Shown piece by piece: positions 29,685-34,878 of a stretch of DNA of 34,878 bases. The DNA comes from Planctomycetaceae bacterium. Lineage in GTDB: Bacteria; Planctomycetota; Planctomycetia; Pirellulales; UBA1268. Below the pieces are notes generated by a model. It saw only the letters and a program-made list of their open reading frames with translations. It had not been told where the DNA came from and did not search any database. Position numbers and translations under genes: made by a program. The first letter of the stretch is position 1. Each line of letters starts with the position of its first letter. The DNA lies in assembly GCA_046091445.1 (NCBI GenBank), contig JBJTBO010000288.1, positions 1 through 34,878 on the forward strand, written 5' to 3'.

Positions 29685-31127
29685 ATGCGAGCGCTCGTGG
29701 TGGACGATTCGGGAGCCGGTCGCGGCATCGTGACGCGCGTGCTGCGCGGGCTCGGCTTCGAGTGCGTGGAGGCGGGCGGCGGCGCGGAGGCGATCGATGA
29801 GATCGCGCGCGAGCCGCGACCCACGCTGGTGACGGTCACCCGGCAGCTGTCCGGTATGGACGGGCTCGAGCTCACACGACGGATTCGGCAGGCGCCGCAC
29901 GGCCGCGAGCCGAAGGTGGTCGTGTTCTCATCCGACGCGGATCCGGCACGGCAGGACGAGGCCCGGACCGCCGGTGCGGATGCGTACGTCGTCAAGCCGT
30001 TCACGTCCGACTCGCTCGGACGGGCGCTTGCGTCCCTCGGTCTCGTCCAGCCCCCCGCGTCGGCCGCCGCGACGGGATCGACGCCCATCCGGGTGCTGGT
30101 CGTGGACGACTCCTCGACCATCCGCACGCTGCTCACCGCGACGCTCGGCGAGGATCCGGGCATCAAGGTGATCGGCACGGCGGTGAACGGGCGGATGGCG
30201 GTCGACATGGTGACGACGAGCCCGCCCGATCTCGTGCTGCTCGACGTCGAGATGCCGGTGCTCGACGGCGTGTCGGCGCTCCGCGAGATCCGGCGCATCC
30301 ACAGGCGTCTGCCAGTGATCATGTTCTCGAGCCTGACGGAGCGGGGGACGGCGGTGACGCTCGATGCCCTGCTGGCCGGTGCGAACGACTACGCGGCGAA
30401 GCCCTCGGGCCTTCGCCCCGAGGACCTGACGGCGCGGATCCGCGAGGAACTCGTCACGAAGATCAAGGCGCGCGTGCCACGCACGGCCCCGCCGGCCGTC
30501 GCCCTGCCACCACCGCGTCCTGACGCCGCGCCCGCGCGGGCCGACGTCGTCCGCGGTGTCGTGATCGGCGTGTCGACGGGTGGCCCGGCCGCCCTGGCCG
30601 AGATCCTGCCGCACTTCGCCACGCGGGCGACCGCCCCGGTGCTCATCGTGCAGCACATGCCCGCATCCTTCATGCCCCACCTCGCCGAGCGCCTCGCGAA
30701 GATTTCCGGAGCTGCCGTGCGCGAGGCGGTCGACGGCGCGCCGCTGCGGGACGGCGACGTGCTCCTCGCGCCGGGCGGCCGTCACCTCACGATCTGCGGC
30801 GACCGCGACCACCCGCGCGTGCGGCTGACCGACGATCCGCTCGAGAACGCCTGCCGTCCGGCGGCCGACGCGCTCTTTCGCACGGCGGCACAGGTCTGGG
30901 GGGCGGGCACCCTCGGGATCGTGCTGACCGGCATGGGACGCGACGGCCTGGCCGGCTCCCGGGCCGTGGTCGACGCCGGCGGTGACGTGCTCGCGCAGGA
31001 CGCGACGACCAGCGTCGTGTGGGGCATGCCCGGCGAGGTGGCCAAGGCGGGACTGGCCCAGATGGTGCTGCCGCTGGCACGGATCGGGCCCGAGATCGCG
31101 GCCCGCCTCAAGTGCGCGGCGACGTGA
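29685..31127 (+). CDS. cheB: Protein-glutamate methylesterase CheB with an additional N-terminal aspartate-less receiver domain (REC*-REC-CheB_methylest)
   Basis: GGAGG lies 7 nt upstream of ATG 29685. REC1 is aa 1-120, with T52 at the acceptor position. REC2 has VLVVDDSS, DLVLLDVEMPVLDG and DYAAKP. The methylesterase catalytic motifs are GVSTGGP, VQHMP and GMGRDG. Confidence 0.9.
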   Translation: MRALVVDDSGAGRGIVTRVLRGLGFECVEAGGGAEAIDEIAREPRPTLVTVTRQLSGMDGLELTRRIRQAPHGREPKVVVFSSDADPARQDEARTAGADAYVVKPFTSDSLGRALASLGLVQPPASAAATGSTPIRVLVVDDSSTIRTLLTATLGEDPGIKVIGTAVNGRMAVDMVTTSPPDLVLLDVEMPVLDGVSALREIRRIHRRLPVIMFSSLTERGTAVTLDALLAGANDYAAKPSGLRPEDLTARIREELVTKIKARVPRTAPPAVALPPPRPDAAPARADVVRGVVIGVSTGGPAALAEILPHFATRATAPVLIVQHMPASFMPHLAERLAKISGAAVREAVDGAPLRDGDVLLAPGGRHLTICGDRDHPRVRLTDDPLENACRPAADALFRTAAQVWGAGTLGIVLTGMGRDGLAGSRAVVDAGGDVLAQDATTSVVWGMPGEVAKAGLAQMVLPLARIGPEIAARLKCAAT

Positions 31128-31154
31128 CGATCGCCTGAGACCCGGACACCTCAC

Positions 31155-31991
31155 GTGCAACACATCAAGGTAAGCCCCGTACAGTACGCCTTCCTCAAGG
31201 CGTTCCTGCGCGATCGCACCGGCAACGTGATCGATGACTCGAAGCAGTACCTCGTCGTCGCCCGGCTGATGCCGATCGTCAAGCAGCGCAGCATCCCCAG
31301 CCTCGACACGCTCATCGATCGGCTCAAGGTCAACGGGGATCCGCGGCTCGAGGCGGACGTGCTCAACGCGATGATGATCCACGAAACGTCGTTCTTTCGC
31401 GACAAGACGCCGTTCGAGACGCTGCGGGCCCTCCTCACGGAGCTGCTGCCCCGCCGCTCGGCCCACAAGAACCTCGCGATCTGGTCCGCCGCCTGCTCGA
31501 CCGGCCAGGAGCCCTTCAGCCTCGCGATGCTGCTCAACGAGCACTTCCCCGAGCTCGTGGCAACGTGGCGCATCCGCATCATCGCCACCGACATCTCCGA
31601 GGAGGTGCTCACGCGGGCCCGCGAGGGCATCTTTTCGAACCTCGAGACGAACCGCGGCCTGCCGCCGGCCTACCTCAAGAAGTACTTCAGCCCGCTGCAG
31701 GGCAAGTGGAGCATCGGACAGGAGTGCCGCAAGCTCGTCGAGTTCCGGTGCCTGAACCTCAACGAGGCATGGCCGCCCATGCCCTTCTTCGATTTTGTCT
31801 TCCTGCGGAACGTGATGATCTACTTCGACGTGCCGACCAGGGCGAGCCTCGTGCAGAAGGTCCGTCGCGTGCTCAAGCCGGACGGCGCGATGTTCCTCGG
31901 CGGCGCCGAGACGCTCATCGGCATCGACACCGGATACGACCGCATCACCGGATCGGGCTGCAGCTACTACCGGCCCAAGGGGAAGGCGTGA
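31155..31991 (+). CDS. cheR: Chemotaxis protein methyltransferase CheR
   Basis: GTG start, 278 aa. Motifs are HETSFFRD, the SAM-binding IWSAACSTGQEPFSLAML, IIATDIS, and FLRNVMIYFD. Confidence 0.9.
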   Translation: MQHIKVSPVQYAFLKAFLRDRTGNVIDDSKQYLVVARLMPIVKQRSIPSLDTLIDRLKVNGDPRLEADVLNAMMIHETSFFRDKTPFETLRALLTELLPRRSAHKNLAIWSAACSTGQEPFSLAMLLNEHFPELVATWRIRIIATDISEEVLTRAREGIFSNLETNRGLPPAYLKKYFSPLQGKWSIGQECRKLVEFRCLNLNEAWPPMPFFDFVFLRNVMIYFDVPTRASLVQKVRRVLKPDGAMFLGGAETLIGIDTGYDRITGSGCSYYRPKGKA

Positions 31992-31996
31992 GCCCC

Positions 31997-32027
31997 CCCG
32001 CGCCGCCCGTTCCGGCGACCGCGCGGG
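31997..32027. terminator. GC-rich hairpin between convergent cheR and the barrel gene (bidirectional terminator candidate)
   Basis: CCCGCGC (31997..32003) pairs with GCGCGGG (32021..32027). An inner CGCC (32004..32007) pairs with GGCG (32014..32017), leaving a 6-nt loop and a 3-nt bulge. It sits 6 nt after the cheR TGA and 15 nt before the stop of the minus-strand gene. Confidence 0.35.
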
Positions 32028-32041
32028 CCATTCGCCTCGTC

Positions 32042-33571
32042 TCAGAACTGGTACTCGAGGCCGAACGAGACGCCCTGCGCCCAGAAGATGCTCGTGCGCA
32101 GGTCGAAGACGGGGGCCGGCACGCCCTGGAGCGTGCCGCCGCCGAGCTGTGAGGGGTTCACCGCGATGTCGACCTGGTCGGCCGCGCGGCCCACGGTCGT
32201 GAGCCACAGGAACGTGTATCCGATCGAGAGGCGGCACTGGGACCAGAGCGCGTAGTCCGCGGCGATCCCGACCTCGCCGGCGGCGGCGAGGAGCGACGTG
32301 TCGAAGCTGCCCATGTTCGTCGGCTGCGCCAGGAGCCCGCCGGGCGTGACACCCGTGACCGTCGTGGTCGTGTCGCCGGGGGTGCCGGTCGTCTCGGTGG
32401 CGAACGTCCCGCCGCCGATGCTCGTGCCGATCGAGCTGGCTCCGAGCGCGACGGTGCCGATGACCTGCAGCGACATCCGCTCCCGCCACCAGCGCTCGAC
32501 GATCCCCAGCTCCGCCCCGTTGAACCGGGTGAGTGACCGGAAGACGTCGGCGGATGAGAACGCCTCGCGCGGCAGGCCTCCCGGCGTGCCCGTCGACACG
32601 ACGGCGACGTCCTGCACGACGAGGGAGTCGTCGAGCATGAGAAACTTCCAGCCGCCGGTCAGGTACCGCCGGTGGAACCGCCCGCAGGCGAGCGCGTGCT
32701 GGTAGCGGACGTCGATACCACTCAACGAGGTCGTCTGGGTGGCTGCGAGCGCCTGTGCGAGGAGCGCGGGATCGCCCGGCACGCCGCCCGGCGGGGGCAC
32801 GATGATCGCGGCCGGCTGACCGGTGACCGCGTCGACGTAGGGCCGCGCCAGCCAGGGGGCGCCGCCGCGACTGGTGATCGCCGTGGTGGACGTGGCGTTC
32901 GTGAGACCGAACCAGCCGGCGGACACGCCCCGGTGCTGCGTGGGATCGAACCAGTAGCCGCCGGTGATCCGACCTCCCGAGCGCATCGGCCCGAAGGCCT
33001 CGTCGCCTCCGAAGAGCACGACCGTGCCGGGCCGGCCCACCACGCCCACGTCGGCCGGGGCGGCCGTGGACGGGCTCGCGGTGATGAGGGGCGGCAGCCG
33101 CTGCGCCGCGCTGGCCCAGAGGAGATACTCGGCGTCGACCCACAGGCGCCCGAGCAGCTCGGAGCGAAAGGCGCGGGTATGGTCTCGCGCGCAGCCACAC
33201 CGACATGACGACTGGTGGTAGGCGAGCTCTCCGGGGCCCGTCCACGCGGGGTCGACGAGATCGAGGTCGCAGGGGGACGCCGGCATCGGTTCCTGAAACC
33301 AGGTCAGGAGGCCGCCCGGATCGGTCGCGAAGTCGGGGACGCGCCAGGGATCGAGTCCGCCCGGCACCTGCGGCTCGTCGGCCCGCCGGACATCCGACCC
33401 GCGCGCGACGGGGACCTGCGGCGCCGGATCGGGACGCGGCGCGTCCTTCGCGGCCCCCGCGTCGCCGACCGACGCCGGGTAGCCGAGCGGATCGGGGGTG
33501 TCGGCTCCGATCGCCGTCGAGCACGCGACGAGCCAGCAGACCCACGTCAGCGAGGAGCGCCGTACCGCCAT
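32042..33571 (-). CDS. BBP7-family outer-membrane beta-barrel protein (planctomycete type)
   Basis: 509 aa. The signal peptide has a possible lipobox (WLVAC/S). The family-typical segment is LWVDAEYLLWASAAQRLPPLITASP...GVVGRPGTVVLFGG...RSGGRITGGYWFD. Amphipathic strands alternate, and the C-terminal OMP signature is ...VSFGLEYQF (terminal Phe). Confidence 0.8.
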   Translation of the reverse strand: MAVRRSSLTWVCWLVACSTAIGADTPDPLGYPASVGDAGAAKDAPRPDPAPQVPVARGSDVRRADEPQVPGGLDPWRVPDFATDPGGLLTWFQEPMPASPCDLDLVDPAWTGPGELAYHQSSCRCGCARDHTRAFRSELLGRLWVDAEYLLWASAAQRLPPLITASPSTAAPADVGVVGRPGTVVLFGGDEAFGPMRSGGRITGGYWFDPTQHRGVSAGWFGLTNATSTTAITSRGGAPWLARPYVDAVTGQPAAIIVPPPGGVPGDPALLAQALAATQTTSLSGIDVRYQHALACGRFHRRYLTGGWKFLMLDDSLVVQDVAVVSTGTPGGLPREAFSSADVFRSLTRFNGAELGIVERWWRERMSLQVIGTVALGASSIGTSIGGGTFATETTGTPGDTTTTVTGVTPGGLLAQPTNMGSFDTSLLAAAGEVGIAADYALWSQCRLSIGYTFLWLTTVGRAADQVDIAVNPSQLGGGTLQGVPAPVFDLRTSIFWAQGVSFGLEYQF

Positions 33572-33877
33572 GATCCGCCTTGCATGAACGTGGAGGTCGC
33601 GTCGCCCGGCCCGCAGCGGCCGCGGGTCGCACGATCCTCCCGGCCCTCCGGTATCCGCGGAGACCGGACCGTCGTTCTGTATCGGTCGCGTCGAATATGC
33701 GGGGTGAGCGGGATTTCACGGCCGCGCGCACCACCCCCCCCATCCACCCAGGTCCGCACAATCGCTCAAGTCGGACGGGAGGCCTGCCGAAAATCGATGT
33801 GGCGGATGAGGGTCGCGGGGTGCGCGGTCCTGCCGCCTCCGTGACGGACCGTTTCAGGGGGGCCTGGACGACCGTGC

Positions 33878-34878
33878 ATGGCCCGCCGCAGATTCGCTCC
33901 CGTTCGCGTGCCCCGCACGCTGGTCGTGCTGGCCCTCGTGGCCGGCTGCGCGGGCGGCTGCACCCGGGGCCGCTACTACGTGCAGGCCGACCGTGAGGTG
34001 AGCACGCTGCTCGCCGAGAAGTCGTGCGACCCGCGCTGGGCCGTTCCTGCCACGTACACCGTGCGGCAGGACGAGCGCAGCCGGTTCTACGACTCCTACG
34101 ACCAGGTCTTTCCGCCGATGCCGCCGGACGACCCGACCGCCCACCGCTACATGCACTGCGTCGACGGCAAGAAGGGCTGGCCGCGCTGGCATGCCAACGG
34201 CGACCGCACGACGCTCGACAACCCCGACTGGCGGGCGCGGCTGCACGAGGTCGTCACCCTCACGTCGTCGGGCGCGGTCCAGCTCGACCTCGCGGCGGCG
34301 GTGCGACTGGCCTACCTCAACTCACTCGACTGGCAGGATCAGCTCGAGACACTCTACCTCTCCGCGCTCGACGTCAGCACCGAGCGGTTTCGGTTCGACG
34401 TGCAGTTCTACGGCGGCAACACCACCGACTACGCGAACCGCGGCCCACTCAATCCGCGCGGCCCCTCCACCACGTGGACGACCGACACGAATCTCCGCGC
34501 ACAGAAGTATTTCGCGACGGCGGGCACCGTGGTCGTCGGGATCCTCAATTCGGTGGTCTGGCAGTTCGCGGGCCCCGACCGCTACAGCAACGTATCCCTC
34601 GTGAACTTCAATCTCGTGCAGCCGCTGCTGCGGAACGCCGGCCGCTCGATCGCCCTCGAGCCGCTCACGATCGTGGAACGGGCGCTCCTGGCGAACCTCC
34701 GACGGCTGCAGTTCTACCGCCAGGGCTTCTTCCTGCAGGTCGCGGTGGGCGGCAACGCCCCGCCGGGCCTGCAACGTCGCGGCGGCTTCTTCGGAGGGAC
34801 GGGCTTCACCGGCTTCACCGGCACGGGCATCGGCGGCTTTGGCAACATCGGCGGGGTCTTCTTCGGCGGGGGCGGCGT
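33878..34878 (+). CDS. Lipoprotein, probable TolC-like outer-membrane factor with Gly/Phe-rich segment (3' end outside window)
   Basis: Absent from the ORF track because it runs off the right edge. ATG at 33878 stays open to 34878 (333 codons) with a strong GC3 bias: MARRRFAPVRVPRTLVVLALVAGC (lipobox LVAG/C). LDLAAAVRLAYLNSLDWQDQLETLYLSALDVSTERFRFD resembles the first helix repeat of TolC-family proteins. It ends in GGFFGGTGFTGFTGTGIGGFGNIGGVFFGGGG. The family assignment is tentative. Confidence 0.7.
   Translation, partial: MARRRFAPVRVPRTLVVLALVAGCAGGCTRGRYYVQADREVSTLLAEKSCDPRWAVPATYTVRQDERSRFYDSYDQVFPPMPPDDPTAHRYMHCVDGKKGWPRWHANGDRTTLDNPDWRARLHEVVTLTSSGAVQLDLAAAVRLAYLNSLDWQDQLETLYLSALDVSTERFRFDVQFYGGNTTDYANRGPLNPRGPSTTWTTDTNLRAQKYFATAGTVVVGILNSVVWQFAGPDRYSNVSLVNFNLVQPLLRNAGRSIALEPLTIVERALLANLRRLQFYRQGFFLQVAVGGNAPPGLQRRGGFFGGTGFTGFTGTGIGGFGNIGGVFFGGGG

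Noticed and set aside
27474-29900. 808-aa minus-strand ORF and 706-aa off-frame plus ORF overlapping the MCP gene
   Set aside because: The MCP frame carries the unmistakable conserved hairpin motif and TM topology. The alternatives are low-complexity R/G/D/H-rich translations. Ala/Glu/Gln-rich coiled-coil genes commonly leave open antisense frames.
31155-31991. cheR (about 61% GC over its first 120 nt, counted by hand) and, by eye rather than by count, the che operon as a whole look lower in GC than the rest of the window (~70%), considered as evidence of horizontal acquisition
   Set aside because: The drop appears to track amino-acid composition, since these conserved proteins are rich in Lys/Asn/Ile/Phe, and third positions remain G/C-biased by inspection. 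There are no flanking mobility genes, tRNA or repeats. A proper codon-usage or tetranucleotide test would be needed.
29928-33761. 1277-aa minus-strand ORF spanning cheB, cheR and the barrel gene
   Set aside because: It is antisense to cheB and cheR, and off-frame relative to the BBP7 gene on the same strand. Its composition is dominated by R/G/A/P (e.g. RRRGGREGRAASRSGAAGPRRARVGC) and no domain signature is present. It is a high-GC shadow ORF.

Overview
This is a roughly 70% GC bacterial chromosomal segment. Its gene content points to Planctomycetota: two giant PSCyt1/DUF1549/DUF1553 ('PSD') proteins, four twin-arginine DUF1501 sulfatase-fold proteins, a BBP7-type beta-barrel and a PQQ-like beta-propeller. 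I support 22 tightly packed protein-coding genes. Two of them are cut by the window edges and are missing from the supplied ORF track. I saw no rRNA, tRNA, CRISPR, IS or prophage signal. Layout, left to right: fatty-acid desaturase (-); PSD->DUF1501 pair (-); PQQ-like propeller (+); orphan DUF1501 (-); ceramidase-like::alpha/beta-hydrolase fusion followed by two tandem ABC-2 ATPase/permease modules (+); beta-lactamase-fold serine hydrolase (-); aldehyde dehydrogenase (+); DUF1501-PSD-DUF1501 trio (+); a self-contained cheA-cheW-mcp-cheB-cheR chemosensory operon (+); BBP7 barrel (-); TolC-like lipoprotein (+, truncated). Four things deserve a second look. (1) The uncharacterised PSD/DUF1501 periplasmic system is dense and occurs in a non-canonical three-gene form, with two recognisable DUF1501 sub-types. 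(2) The chemosensory operon has no CheY. Its CheA has no P2 domain and carries two CheW-like domains, and its CheB carries an extra N-terminal receiver whose phospho-acceptor Asp is replaced by Thr. (3) One protein fuses a ceramidase-like domain to an alpha/beta hydrolase. (4) Phased 18-nt direct repeats lie in the leader of the trio operon. All family names come from motif recognition by eye, and no database search was run. Many very long ORFs in the track are antisense or off-frame shadows typical of high-GC DNA and were rejected.
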